A stretch of DNA of 64,000 nt. Origin: Octopus sinensis. Its lineage: Eukaryota. This document shows, piece by piece, positions 38,350-52,876 of this stretch. The stretch is from positions 2,046,001 to 2,110,000 of the forward strand of contig NC_043003.1 in assembly GCF_006345805.1 (NCBI RefSeq). The letters run 5' to 3'. The notes beneath the pieces are model-generated. The model was given only the letters and a program-made list of their open reading frames with translations. It ran no database searches and had not been told where the DNA came from. The first letter of the stretch is position 1; every line of letters begins with the position of its first letter. The position numbers and the translations under genes are program-made.

Positions 38350-38595
38350 TGTTCTTTCTCGAGCCATGCCAGGCTCATAAGGGCCGGTTTGCCGGTTTCA
38401 GTGGCGTAGAAATTCCCCACCTGGACGGGACGCCGATCCGTCGCAGGATTACTCATTTTTGCCAGCTGAGTAGACTGGAGCAACGAGAAACGAAGTGTTT
38501 TGCTCAAGAATACAACGCATCGCCCGGTCCAGGAATCGAAACTACAACCTTACGATCATGTGTTCAATACCCTAACCACTAAGCCATGCGCCTCC
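38350..38595 (-). mobile_element. tRNA-derived SINE (family D) with CORE-like segment, nested in a MITE (~38158-38700)
   Basis: - strand head ggcgcatggcttagtggttaggg..tttcgattcctgg; gaagtgttttgctcaaga core. Relatives at ~22590-22926 and 48828-49143. The host MITE family also occurs at ~46550-46690 and 50820-51180. Confidence 0.7.
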
Positions 38596-39649
38596 TGTGC
38601 ATTGTAGAAGTAGACCCGATTTATTATACGTAAGTTTTAACAAAAAATATCTTCTATCGACCCCTAAGGGCCATATAGACCCTAGTTGACAACAACCACT
38701 GATCTACACAGATTTGAATATTTCGCTTCTGTTGGTTCCGTCGTTAGAAAACCTATTTTGCGAGAATAGGATTTAAGTAACAATATAGATTACATTTTCA
38801 TGGCTACTGATGTTTATCGCTGGCGGAGACAGTATGTGCTGGTGTCAGCGTTATATAAGTTGCTTGCTGGCTGAAGTTGAGTGTCCCATTTTAAATAGAT
38901 TTTAAAGCAACGTAAAGAAATTTTATGAATGCCAAACTATTATTTATTCCGCCGCCCCCTCCACCAGATTTGGCGTTGATTATTACAGATGTAGACACGA
39001 ACAGTCTGTGTACCAGGGTCTCCAAGAGAAATTATTGCCAGGCGGAACAAGACTCCTTCCGTTCTCCGGGACATGTAATTATATATATAGGAAGGATGCT
39101 CTCATATGTTTTCGAGTCCTTTCATGACTCTCCAGGTCGACGTCCTGACTAAACCCCTATCGCCCCGCGTCCTCTTATAGGCCTGGCTGAGTGTGTTTTT
39201 TCATTCTTGTACTATAATTCCATTGGCATCAAGGGTACTTTATATCGACCTCGGTTCTTGACTGGTACTTCCTTTCATGAAGCCACGAAATAAAACTCGG
39301 CGAACGTAAAGTGTTGTAACTAAATACAGCAACGCATTTTGTCCAGCTCTCTACCGACTCAGCATCTAAATAGGAAACTATTATTCGAATTGAATTCTGT
39401 TTTGTCATTGGAGGACTTCGGACGAAAAATTATAAGTACACACACTCACGCAGGCACGCCCCTCTCTCTTTCTTTCCCGATTGCCCATCAAAATTTCATA
39501 AAGATTTCCCCCACCCTTAATTGCCGGTAAGATGTTGATAACTGAACAGTTCTCTCCTGGATCAACAAACTCTAATAGACAAATGACAAATATATGTAAT
39601 GGTAGCAAGCGTGACCACCATGGATACATCTCTCCCAGATCTCTTCAGC

Positions 39650-41120
39650 AGTCTGCTCTATTTCCAATAAATGAAACTTTTTCCTCACAACTATCGACGG
39701 TCAGCAGCATTGGCCTCCAGATACTCGGACCTGACTTCACAACTTCTCAAGACGTTTTGTATTTGATCCTTAGAGTGCATCTTTGGTTCTCAGCTGAGTA
39801 TCGTCCATGGTTTTGCTGGTCGTATACTCATTCAGTGGGATAGCTGATAAGGAGACATCTTTATGGTGCGCTCCAGCCTCCGAGGTTCTTCACTCTCTGC
39901 AACGTGTAGGCGGCCATCGACAACTTTTCTCCTCTCTTCTCAACTCCGAGCTGTCTTTTCCTCTCTCAGGTTTTGGTGGTTTTGAATTGTCATCAATGAT
40001 TCTGTAACTTTACATTTTTTTCTAGTTAGGGCTGCTGGCCCTACACAACTGCCCCCTTTTTACCTCTGCGAAGAAGCGGGCCATATTAGTCAGGCTTCCA
40101 TCGTTCGATCTGTCCAGCGTGAAAGGGCCTGCCAGAATCCTGCGCTCCGCTGGTATAGCTCTTAAGGTCATTGAAACAGACAAGCCGTCATACCGCAACA
40201 AAAATTGCACCTTGCAGTGGAACCATCGCGGTTGGAGTTGGATAATTATGAACAAAATAATTTGGGGGTTAGGTTTTGCAATGATTTCAGTTTGTAGTAT
40301 ACGGTAACCCCAAGTAATTCCTTGGATAGCAGGAGGCAACTCATCAGAAAGCGCCCCAACGACCTAACGTGACGACTATAGGTTGCCTACGTTTCACGGC
40401 TGTAAAGAAGAATGGTTATACATCAGAACCAGATGTGTGGTATTTGTTATTTCCAAGTATTCGATATTGCCCCAAAAGAGCTTTTACAGGGGTGTCCTCA
40501 GTAAATTTGTTAAGATCTTCCACAAGTTCCACGCTGGGATCGCTGCGCTGGTGACCATCGGAAGATATGAGTCCGACCGTAGCGTAGCTAAAGTGTGTGC
40601 CGTTCAGGGCAACCCTTTGAGTTTTCCACCCTGCTTCCGACCACCTACACAGGACTATACAGCAGACCCAAAAGTATTGCACCCGTAAAATCGTCATCCA
40701 ATAGGGACAGCTACCCTCAACATTTAGCTATTCTACCGGAGTCCGAGCCCTTCTTTGTGCGCACAAGAATGAAACAACAGTGTGTGGTAGCATCAATACT
40801 CTTTAACACATTCCACTTGTGTTATCAGGATTGTTCCTAACAAGATAAAGGACAACAACAGTATTAGAGTGAATGCCGGATAAAATATCGAGCGCTTTAT
40901 CATCCGGAGGTTCCATGCAATTATAGAACTCTGAAAAGAGCGAGCCTCGGAGCTGCAGTATACAGAAAGGCGGCCGTGCTCTCGTGACCCATACTCAGGA
41001 ATATCTTCAGACCGTCCTTATTGTAACAGCTGGCGTGTACAACATGTTAACCATATCAAATTGGAAGTGATCTACTAACGGGCCACTATCGTACCTACTC
41101 AACCCGCTTTCACTGTTGGC
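39650..41120 (-). mobile_element. Degenerate RTE-like LINE remnants
   Basis: Decayed RTE-like C-terminal motif (WE..A.DR..). Shares gatgacaattcaaaacca with the remnant at ~46700-47140. Confidence 0.4.
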
Positions 41121-41721
41121 AAACAACAGCTGTCGGTCGCACATTCAAAAAATATCTGGGAAACTTTCTCTCTCTCTCTCGTAGAGAGAGAGATTAACAA
41201 ATAACCTATTGTACTCGTGAGGTGGGTGATCAGCTGATTTTTGGAATAACGATCACTACTTCACGTAGAAGGAAAACAGCAAGGAATTGGATCACTGTTT
41301 TCTTCTGTGAAAGAATTTTTTTTTTTTTTGTACAAAACATTTCATTTCATACATTTTTGCCCTCCGATTATTTTATTAATTAAAAAAAAACATTGGGTGT
41401 CGATAATTAATAAGTGCCTATTATTATATCGCATGACCCGGTGGTTATTGTGTTGCACTCGTAGGCCAGGTGGTACGTTGTGTTCCTGAGCAAAACACTT
41501 CACCTCACGTTGCCCTTTGATCGCTTCGGCACCTGACGTGTGGCACACTGTGTGCCTGTTCAGGCAAGGTCGATTCGATGGAAAGAATGAGCCAACGTAC
41601 GGCACATACACTTGATCACTATAAACAAATCATTTGTTCAGATCGTTCGGCAAAAGCTGAACATTTATACGCCATCCATCATTTATATTGCTACTCTATC
41701 ACTTGAAATAGATTGTCTTTC

Positions 41722-42364
41722 GGATCTTTACGTTTTGACCTACAGATTTTTAAAATATTTTTTTGTAGCTAAACACTTTCAAACTTCGGACACAGGTAGA
41801 CTGTGTCATATAAAACGTCTTTTACTCTTAGCATTTTTGAGAAAAACTTATATTTACGAAGTTATTTCACGTTAAAGTTCTCGTATTTCGGTAATTTCAA
41901 CCAATCAATGACGTGTATTCAGCTGAATAAAATTACTGCCGTTGTTTATCAACAACAACTTCCGGCGGTGTATATTTCGTTTGTCACTGTTATTTATGAC
42001 AACTCTAACCCTAAAACCCTCGCCCTCACTCTAACCCTAAAATCTTAACCCTAACCTTAAAACCAGTACAAACGCACGAACGATGTCATAAATAACAGTG
42101 ACAAACGAGAAATACACCGCCGATAGTTGTTGTTGATAAACAACAGCAGTAATTTTATTCAGCTGAATACACGTCATTGATTGGTTGAGATTACCGAAAT
42201 ACGACAACTTTAAGGTGAAATAACTTCGTAAATATAAGTTTTTCTCAAAAATGTTAAGAGTAAAACATATTTTATATGACACATTCTACTAGTGTCCGAA
42301 GTTTGAAAGTGTTTAGTTACAAAAATTTTATTTCTTAAATCTGTCGGTCAAAAGGTAAAGATCC
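41722..42364. mobile_element. MITE with ~280-bp TIRs, 8-bp TSD and telomere-like core
   Basis: GGATCTTTAC...GTAAAGATCC termini, TSD TGTCTTTC at 41714-41721 and 42365-42372, degenerate (CCCTAA)n at ~42002-42064. Confidence 0.92.
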
Positions 42365-43471
42365 TGTCTTTCTCTTATTAACGATTTTCCGTGAAGAGAA
42401 TGCCATACCAAAAGTAATTTGAACACTAAGTGTTTTTACAAAATCGAACTTCAATCGCGTCGGAAACTTTTTGAATCTTATAAATTGAAGAGTTTCAGGT
42501 TTTAAAATAATTTTGCAGTTTATCTTTTAATTACTTCTTTACTTCCTGTTGAAGTTTATACAAAGACGAAGCTAAAATAGTCCAGAGTACTTTTATATAT
42601 TTCTCGTGAAAAAGAATATATTTAATCTCTATTTAATGAATCAAAATCTCTACCGTTATTACGAAAGTTATTTGATATAGGCGTTGTCTATGTTTGTATA
42701 TTATATACAGATATGTGTGTGTGTACAAACACATATATGTACACACATATATACACACATACACGCATGCATACGTACATACAGAAAGTGAGAGAGAGAG
42801 AGAGAGGCGCAGGAATGGTTGTGTGGTAAGGAGTTTACTTCCCGACCACATAGGCCCAAGTTCAGTCCCACTGCGTGACACCCTGAGCCGTGTGGTTGAT
42901 AGAAATCCCGAGGAAGTTGTATACGTGTGTGTGTTATCCCCTACCACCGGTTGAGAACTGATGTTGGTTTGTCTACGTCCCCGTAAATGAGCGGTTCGGC
43001 AAAAAATATCGATTCGTTCGACTAAAAACCTATCAAAGCAATGCCCCAGCGTGGTCATAAACCATTACTGAAACAAGTAAAAGGTTATGTGGTAAGAAGC
43101 TTGCTTACCAACCACATGGTTCCGGGTTCAGTTCCACGGCGTGGCACCTTGGGCAAGTGTCTTCTACTATAGCCTCCAGCAGACCAAAGCCTTGCGAGTG
43201 GATTTGGTAGACGGAAACAGTAAGAAGCCTGTCGTATATATATATATGTGTGTATATATTTGTGTGTCTATGTTTACCCCCCCCCCCGTCCCACCATCAC
43301 TTGACAACCGATATTGGCGTGTTTACGTCCTCGTAACTTAGCGGTTCGTTAAAAGAGACCGATAGAATAAGTACTCGGCTTACAAAGAATAAGTGGTGGG
43401 GTCGATTTGTTCGACTAAAGGCGGTGCTCCAGCATGGCTGCAATCAAATCATAAAAGAATATATATATATA

Positions 43472-43788
43472 CACATAAGGGACATTAGCCATTTGAATGT
43501 GGCTAGGGACAGGGCAGGGCGGTGGGGGTGTTACTGATGCATTTAGCCCCAGGCGATCATCAACGTCACCAGATAGGCTGACACCATCACGGTGTCCTCT
43601 ATCCTGCAAAGGGAGATCATTCCCCGAAGAAGCGGATACCACATACGGACCCAGGTTTCAAGGTATTTGCCTATCGTCAACGTATGGCTGGTGACGTTGA
43701 TGATCGCCTGGGGCTAAATGCATCAGTAACACCCCCACCGCCCTGCTCTGTCCCTAGCCACATTCAAATGGCTAATGTCCCTTATGTG
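43472..43788. repeat. GC-rich fold-back element with ~100-bp arms in (TA)n
   Basis: 43472-43572 is the reverse complement of 43688-43788 with one mismatch. The spacer holds a hammerhead motif. Confidence 0.92.
43642..43686 (-). ncRNA. Type I hammerhead motif (U3 variant)
   Basis: - strand: catacg | TTGACGA | t agg caaata cct t | GAAA | cctggg | TC | cgtatg. 6-bp stem I and GUC triplet. Confidence 0.75.
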
Positions 43789-43865
43789 ATGGAGCAGTTA
43801 CTGTCTATATCTCGTTTAGAGAATTATAATATATATATATATAATATATATATATATATAATAAA

Positions 43866-43961
<96 letters not shown>

Positions 43962-44134
43962 TTTTATGTGTTTCAGTCATTTGATTTGATTGCAGCCATG
44001 CTGGAGCACCGCCTTTAGTCGAACAAATCGACCCCACCACTTATTCTTTGTAAGCCGAGTACTTATTCTATCGGTCTCTTTTAACGAACCGCTAAGTTAC
44101 GAGGACGTAAACACGCCAATATCGGTTGTCAAGT

Positions 44135-44210
<76 letters not shown>

Positions 44211-47200
44211 TATAGGACCGGCCCTTGGGTTGCTAGTGCCCCAAGCTGAACTTCGGCGCCCTTACAAGTATAATTTTTTAAAACTTTCACAAGGAGAAAA
44301 AACTGAAAATGCTGACTAAAAACACGTGGCAGCCTAGGTGACTGCCTGAGTTGCCGGTATGTTGAGCCGGCCCTCTATATGTATGCATGCATGCTGGGAT
44401 TTGCACTTACATTGCATGGACTGCTGAGCACAGTTTATGAAAATGCCACTACCATGCATACATAAAAACCAAAAAGATAGTTAAAATATCCTCTTAGTAT
44501 ATAATGGTGGCAAGTTTTACATCATCTGAAAAAGTCATTAGTTGAACAATTAGTCCTCTTGCATTCTGGCGGGTATCGGAGCGTTTGAGTGACATGAGAC
44601 CCGCAACAAACGCCTATAAATTAAATGCATCTGTCCGGGCCACGATGGAGGCCTGTCAACCTGTGCCTGACGGCCACGATCGTGGGTCGTCGCGCTTTAT
44701 GTGTCAATATAAAACATCTCAGCTGATACACGATCGCCTCTCGAGTTTTGAATAAACAATAATTATTTCTCATCTTTGCAGAAGTTTAGTGAGAAGGAGG
44801 TAAGCCGGTCACATCGACCCCATTTCTCGACTGCTACTTATTCTATCGACCCCAAAAAGATGAAAGGCAAAATTTACTCTGGCGGCATCTAAACTAAGAA
44901 CGTAAAGAGTCGGAAGAAATGCTACTAAGCATTTTGTTCGACGCACTGATGAATAATAATTGTACAACTGTGCCAACAGTTGTTTTTACTGTGAGCGTTG
45001 TATCTCATCGTTCAGTGGTTTGTAATAGATAACTACTGTTATTTTAACTCCACCGATGTATTTCGAGTCTAACAATTCAGACCATATGTTTGTGGCTGTT
45101 TGAAAGTGAATCAGAGAAGATACTCAATGGCTTATCAGAACATCTTCTAATTATTTGCTTTTCTTTTTGTTTTTATTCTTTGCGCCTATCCTTTATCAGT
45201 TTCTCTAAATTTTCTTTTTAGAATTAAAAATCTGTTTATCATCCTGTTTATCTAATGTCTCTCTTTACTGTCTTATGTACACGCATTAAAATCTTTTCAA
45301 AACAAATACCAGTGAAAGCGCGTGGCCCGAACTAAACACTAACCTCTCCAAAATAGTGAACTCTTTGAATGCCTTCCATACTCAACGAACCTTACAATCT
45401 CATCCATTCACTTAAAAAATTCCCAAGTTTTTAAGACTTGGAAACTTTGCATTGCTTGTGTCCCCCCCCCCCAGCAATAAATAAATAAAGAACCAAATGC
45501 CTAACTAAAATCGATCCCTCATTGCCTGAACCTCCGAACCAACGTTTGCAAATTTAAATAACATTTCTTTGACATGCAGCCCAGGGTGCGTCTTTTAAAA
45601 ATCAAGGGAGCTGTCGGAGTTCTTTCTAAGGAGAGGGCCGGCAGATATTCAGGGGCTCCTCCTTAGTTCTCAAGGTCCTGGGTTCAACTGAAGTCTTTTG
45701 TGAACCTTGCTCGCCACACTCGAGTCCAGTGTTTATAGGATTATGGCGAGCGAGTTGGATGAATCGTTGCACGCCGCACGAAAGGGCTAGCGGCATTTCG
45801 TCCGTCTTTACGTACTGAGTTCAAATTTCGCCGAGGTTGATTTTATTTTCATCCTTTCGGGGTCGATAAAATAAGCACCGGTTGAGCATGGGGATTCATG
45901 TAATCAACTTTGCCACTTCCCCGAAACTAATATTTATTGGGTCATGAGGGCAATTATGTACAATCTGTTTCTTTACTACCCACAAGGGGCTAAACATAAA
46001 GGGGACAAACAAGGACAGACAAACGGATTAAGTCGATTATATATCGACCCCAGTGCGAAACTGGTACTTAATTTATCGACCCTGAAAGGATGAAAGGCAA
46101 AGTCGACCTCGGCGGAATTTGAACTCAGAACGTAACGGCAGACGAAATACGGCTACGCATTTCGCCCGGCGTGCTAATGGTTCTGCCAGCTCGCAATTAT
46201 GTACAATCGTCCCAGCAAAACTTTAGAATATGTCAATCTAACGATTTCCGGGAAAATCAACTGCTGATTGGTTGTGCAGCTATCCTCGTTTATCACGGGG
46301 GTGGGGGTGCTGGTTAAAAGAAGAAAGAGTGTTAAATGAATCATCTCCATGCTCTTGGTAAATAAAATGAATGCTAAATTCATTGACACCAAACTCGCAG
46401 ACCACAACAGTGAAGCTTGCACCCTTACATATTTTCTTGATCAGTTCTTTTTCCGTAGAGAAAAATATTTGTATTGGTCTGTATTGCAAGAAACAGCCGG
46501 GTTTCTTTCTCTAACATTTTACAGAGTTCGACCTACACAAGATAATCGGTGAAAGACAAAAGAGGAATTTTGGAAGAAGTTTCTATAAAACTAGTTTTTA
46601 AACATTGAATGGCTATGGGGGGGGCGGAGTCCACCAGAATAAAATAGTAACCAAAGGGGTCCGTAGATAAAAAATGGTTGAGAAGCCCCTGATTTGGGCC
46701 ATACAACACTGAAAAGACCGTCATAAGGTACAGACCTTATTATGGCTTGCGTGCCTCAATAACCCTGAGAGCTATACTAGCAGAGTGAAAACTCATGGCA
46801 GGGAGTTCCATACTGGACAAGCCAAAAGAAAGACGACAGACTAATAAGGACCGCCTCTCCCCAGAGATAAAAACTGGTTTGCTTAGTGCCGATAACCCTA
46901 CCTAGAAAAAAAAGCAACGTTATAAAATCATCGATGACAATTCAAAACCAACAAGGCTTGGTGAAAGGAAGGGCTTCCTTTGAGGAGACATATGTAGAAT
47001 ACTGAGGCGAAGGTGAAACCATGGGATACAACTGGAGAGACGCAGAAGGGACGGCCCAGAGTCGAAAACAATGGAGAGAAGCCATCGATTCGATGACCAA
47101 TGCTCCAAGGGAAGCGAAGGACGCCAAGAAAAGAAAAAAAAAGAAACACTGTGAAGAGTTGGAAGGGAAAAAGAAAACATTGCTTTTTCAAAATGTATCA

Positions 47201-49932
47201 ACAACGCACAATTAAAGATATTCCTTTAATTTATCTTTTAGGTCAAACGGCCTTTGATGAAGAATTCTGGAAAAAACCTTCAACACTGCACCCAAAAGTT
47301 ATTCAAAGTCGCGAACACTTCTAACACTTTACAATACACCATTATATTCAACAGCAGAGAACTGTTCCCATATCAAGAACGTCGTGTGTCTTTTGGTGGA
47401 TAAACTTTTTTTTTCTTTTATATTGATAACATACTAGACTGGTGCCTCGACTGAACTCACTAACACTTGCTCATTCAAACTTAAACCAACTCAATGCTCA
47501 ATTGTCTCTTATCTTATCGCCATACTTAAAGCATCACAGATAATGGACACAGCATATAAAAGTACATCTATTCGCGTTTATCACCGATTCGTTCATCATT
47601 GATCCGTGATAACATTGTATGCTCAATTGTGAACTATGTCACGCTTATCACGAATTGATCTGTGATAACACAGGTCGGCGATTAGTCAAAGATTTTGTTG
47701 GTACCACCGGCCTCCCACGTTGCTCAGCTACCCAGAATGCACTGGTTACCGCCGCTGTTTACAAGACCATACTGCAAGGTAGAGTATTTTTAATAGGGAT
47801 TTACATGCTCCTACCCATCAAAATGGGGTCATTGAATAGAAAAAATACGAAGGCCCCTGACCCTAACGAACGACTTAGACGAGCTTGTTGGTTGCTTACT
47901 CTTTTGTTTCAGTTATTTGACTGCGGCCATGCTGGAGCACAGCTTTTAGCCGAACAAATCGACCCCAGGACTTATATTTTGTAAGCCCAGTACTTATCAT
48001 ATCGGTCTCTTTTGCCGAACCGCTAAGTAACGGGGACGTAAACGCACCAACATTGGTTGTCAAGCGATGGTGGGGGGACAAGTACAAACACACACACACA
48101 CACATATGACGGGCTTCTACCAAATCCACTCACAAAGCTTTAGGAGGCCCGAGGCTATAGTAGAAGACACTTGCCCAGGGTGCCACGCAGTGAAGGACTG
48201 AACTCGGAACACGTGGTTGGTAAGCAAGTTACTTATCACTGACCATACGTTATTAAGATTTACTCTAAATATTATTCCAGTCATGAAACAATATTATAAT
48301 GTTTTTTAAAACCTGGCGGTGATATTTGGGTAAGTTAAGGGGACAACTTAAAGTCTCGGAACGGAACCGTATCTTATGTTTTATTATTCATTTGTCACTG
48401 ATTCATTTAACACGGTCGGGTGGGAGTTTTTTTTCTTTCTTTTGGTGGAGACGGGATTCAAACATCCATAGTACGCGAGTATAGATATATTGAAATTCTC
48501 AAAACCCTTAAAAAAAATAATTCTATTAATGCCTCTTCGTCTATCTGCGGTCCTCTATTAATGACTTTCGTCCAGTTTTATAGAAGATCATTGTTATTAA
48601 ACATTAATCGCATGAATATCGCGATCTTCGTCGGAAAACTGTTACTAAAAGACAGAGAAGTCCTTTAATGAGACCCTTCTTCCGACCCTCGTTGAAAGAA
48701 ATAATAGGGAAAAATATTAGCGGAAAATTTTAGATATAAACGTTCCAATCAATATCGGATTAAAACCAGTTCACCCCAGCACAGACCATTCTTCCATTGT
48801 CAAACTGACAAGACATACTGGCGCTCCGTCGGTGACCACGACCAGTGTTCCAGTTGATCCGATCAATGGAACAACTTGCTCCTGAAATTAAAATGCAAGT
48901 GGATGAGCCCTCCACAGACATGCGTACCCTAAACGTAGTTCTCAGGGAGATTTAGCGTGACACAAAATGTAATAAAGCTGGCCCTTTGAAATACAGATAT
49001 AACTCATTTTTGCTGGCTGAGTGGACTGGGGCAACGTGATATAAAGTGTCTTGCTCAAAGACACGTCGTACTGCTAGGAATCGAACTCACGACCTTAGGA
49101 TCGTGAACCGGATACCTATAACCACTGAGTCACGCGTCTTCACGGCTGACAAGACACGACATAAAAACTACTGAACGGGAAACAAAAAACCCTTTGAAAA
49201 TTTGAGCTGAAAGGTTCGCAACTAAAGACCGCAAGGCATTTTGCCCGATTCTGTCAGTCTCTAAGAATCTTTTCTATTCAAGGCACAAGGCCCGAAACTT
49301 TTGGGTGAGGAGGCCAGTCGATTAGATCGACCCCAGTAAGCAACTGGTACTTAATTTATCGACTTCAAAAGGATGAAAGGCAAAGTCGACGTCATCGACT
49401 GACCAACTCCTTCCCCTAAAATTGCTGGCCTTGTGCTGAGATAGGAAACATCATTATTATTGTTGTTATTGGCAGAATCGTTAGCGTGTCGGACAAAACG
49501 CTTAGCGGCATTTCTTCTGGTGCTTTACAATTTGAGTTCTAATCCCGCAGAGGTCAGCTTTGCTTTTCATCTTTTCGGGTCGATAAAAGTACTCGTCGGG
49601 TACAAGGGTTGATATAATCAATACCCTTTTTCTACTAAAATTTCAGGCCTTATTCCTGTAGCAAAGAAGATCATCATTATTATTATTATTAAGGCAGCGA
49701 GCTGGCAGAATCGTTAGCACGCCGGGCGAAATGTTTAGCAATATTTCGTCTGCCGCTGCGTTCTGAGTTCAAATTCCGCCGAGGTCAACTTTGCCTTTCA
49801 TCCTTTCGGGGTCGATTAAATAAGTACCAGTTACGCACTGGTGTCGATGTAACCGACTTACCCATCCCTGCAAATTTCTGGCTTTGTGCCTATAATAGAA
49901 AGGATTATTATTATTATTATTATTATTATTAT

Positions 49933-50342
49933 TGTCATTTTTTGACTTTTGCTTTGTATTTGTACAAGTTGATTCCAAGTCTCGCCCAGAGACCTCAAGA
50001 GACAACAAGTTAGAAGTTCATGTTGGTGTTGTGCCTAGGGTGTCATATATTGGGTTTTGCACACAGTATTGTTCTAGAGAATGTTTTAAAAAAACAAGAA
50101 AATTATGAGTTTGTTTTAAAATTTGAGATTACATACACAGTATTTTACGTAGGATATGGGCAGTTCCCATGAGCACCATCTTTTGAATTTCTGCCATGTT
50201 GAGGTTTCCTGGTATCTGAGCAAGGTAGAAACCAGCCCCCTTTGCTCTCATTCCTAGGGCACCTATGACAACAGGTATTGTTTTAGTCTTGAGGTTCTAT
50301 ATTTTGCCAATTTCTGTTCCAAGATCTTTATACTTGCTCAGT
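49933..50342 (-). mobile_element. R4/Dong-like LINE 3' fragment (second family) in (TAA)n
   Basis: The - strand encodes LSKYKDL..TIPVVIGALG..IQKMVLMGTAHILRKILCM*. (TAA)n on both sides. Confidence 0.8.
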
Positions 50343-51234
50343 TCTTCTTATTATTATTACTATTATTTTCGAACTTCAGTTCGCTGTTGTCTATGGATAA
50401 GATTCATTCGAGGAACCCATAGCACACTGGTGCACACAAGCGAGGGCATGGTCCTAAATATAAAATACATATTCATAATCTATTTTAAGTGAAAGAGCAA
50501 CAAACGGTAAACGCAAAAAGTTCTTTAGAACTGTACACTTTCGTCGCGGTATAAAATCTCGATAATTTAATCCAACTAAACCAAGTCTATTAAGGAATAC
50601 ATTTACCTCTTAAATATCCCGCATACAAAAGTCCACGCGTTCTTTTGTAACCTTCTAAAACTAGAAGAACGTTGTGGTTTGCTTGAAGCATTGTAGTATA
50701 GAAATAGAATAAAAGACGAAAAGAGGAATTCAGACAGTTTCTATGCAAACCTTTTCAACTTTCTCCTCTGCATTGTCAGAAGCTCCCCTCATTCCCCCTT
50801 TCGTTTATTTTTCTACTCCAGAGATTCTCAACTGGGGTCTTTACAGCCCTTAGGGGTTCCATATGAGATTTTGTTGTTAAAATTTATCTGCAATAAATCA
50901 GTTATACTTCTGCGAGTCCCAAAATATTTGAACATTTTTTTTCATACAATTCCTAAAATTTTGCCAAAAACGTTAAGAGTAAACCGTGTTCTACGTGACA
51001 AATTCAACCAAGATCCGAAAAAAAAAAAAATTAAGAAATATGTGACTGAGATGGAAAAGATCCATTTTAATTTTTAAAATCATGTTCTTAAACATTGAAT
51101 AGCAACGGTGAGGTCCACCAGATTAAAATAGGAATTAAAGAGGTCCATAGTTTTTTAAAAATGGTTGAGGATGACTGTTCTACTCTTTCGCTGTTTTAGC
51201 CTGGGAAATGCGGCGTACCTACACAAGTGTACAC

Positions 51235-51474
51235 TCCGCTCTTAACTTTGTTTCCTCATAACCTTCAGAAAAAATAGGTATTTCTTGATCAAATTTTCTA
51301 CGAATACTTTTCAGATGTGTAAATTACGATTTTATCGGAATTCAATGAGGGGGAAAAAATGGTGAGCGCGCATACATACATATTACACACGTCACATATA
51401 CATCTACAAAACATCATTTGAAATTTTGAGTAAAATTATACGCTGTGTGTGCGTATGTGTGTGCGTGTATGTGT

Positions 51475-51517
<43 letters not shown>

Positions 51518-51660
51518 CTCAACTTTTTTGGTTTTTTAACATTATATTTCGATATAATTGCAATCTACACCATCTGAAAGGTGTTGGTAGAAAATTTATT
51601 GAAAAAAAATATTTCTTTTTCTGAAATTTGTGGAAACTAAGTCGGGTGGGGGGTGGGGGG
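51235..51660. mobile_element. Degenerate inverted-repeat element; related copy at ~61415-61915
   Basis: actttgtttcctcata.. / ..ggaaactaagtcgg termini are shared by both loci. Confidence 0.55.
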
Positions 51661-51942
51661 GGTCCTTGTGCCGGTCAACCGAAACGGTTTCGAATATCGA
51701 TTGGTAAAATTCGTTTCTTTTGCTAAACTAAAACCTCGTAATCCCTGAGATTAGTGGATATGGTTTCCTTATTTTTTATCTTTTACTTGTTTCAGTCTGC
51801 GGTCATGCTGGGGCACCGCCTTGAAAAATTTTTAGTCGTTATTTTCTTTAAGCCTGAGACTTATTTTATCGGAGTCTTTTACCGAACCGCTAAGTCACAG
51901 GAACGTAAACACACCAACACCAGTTGTCAAGCGACGGTCTCT

Positions 51943-51974
<32 letters not shown>

Positions 51975-52876
51975 TAGAGCGGGCTTCTTTCAGTTTCCGT
52001 CAACCAATTCCGCTCGCAAAGCTTTGGTCGGCTCGAGGCTATAGTACAAGACACTCGCCAAACGTACCACGGGCATTAGAACTGAACCAAGAATATATAG
52101 TTTCAAAAGGATACTCACCCAGTTAAAGACGCTAAGAATCCGAAAAGAAACAAATATCTTAGAATACGAAATTATTCAGTTTCGCATATTATCGCCATGA
52201 TACCAAAGTTGTCAGCACCGATGGGTCTTAAAATCAAAATAAACACAATTTTTCAGCCACTTAAAAGTTGACTTGTTGTTATGGAAACGACCTCTAGTGT
52301 GTAAAATGAGAAGGTAAAGTGCTACTTGACCATTTTTAGGGCATGACATATTTTTGAAGTCCTTTTGTCGTTTGTCAACGTGAATAATAAACTTTCGATT
52401 CAAAACTTACAAAAACATAACATTTCTTCGACGGGCTTCAGCTTCCAGGAAGAATTACTTCTGTTATCCTTTTAGATTCTGTTACTAATTCTTGTCTCGC
52501 TTTCACTTTGCAGCATCTGTTCTTAAGATTAGATTCTTTACACTGATTGGCTAAAAAGTTTTAGCGTGGCTTCTGACTGCAACACTCTTTTCCTTCCCCT
52601 ACCTCACTGAACTACTGTCCATTTCTATTGTATAAGGAGAATCGCAAAGAAAAATGGAGTTACTAAAGATTCCTTAGAATTTAGCAATAACAAATATGAT
52701 TCTTTATGACAGTCCTTGAATTTATCATTTTAAAATCTCAAGATTTCATACTTTTCTTGAGAGAACTTGAAAGAACGAATGATACATTAAAAGTTGGCCA
52801 GGTTAGCCGTTCGATTTGCTTTTAATAGCATTCGTCATTCTATCTCATCCACCAACTTTTTTATTGTGCCGAAGTA

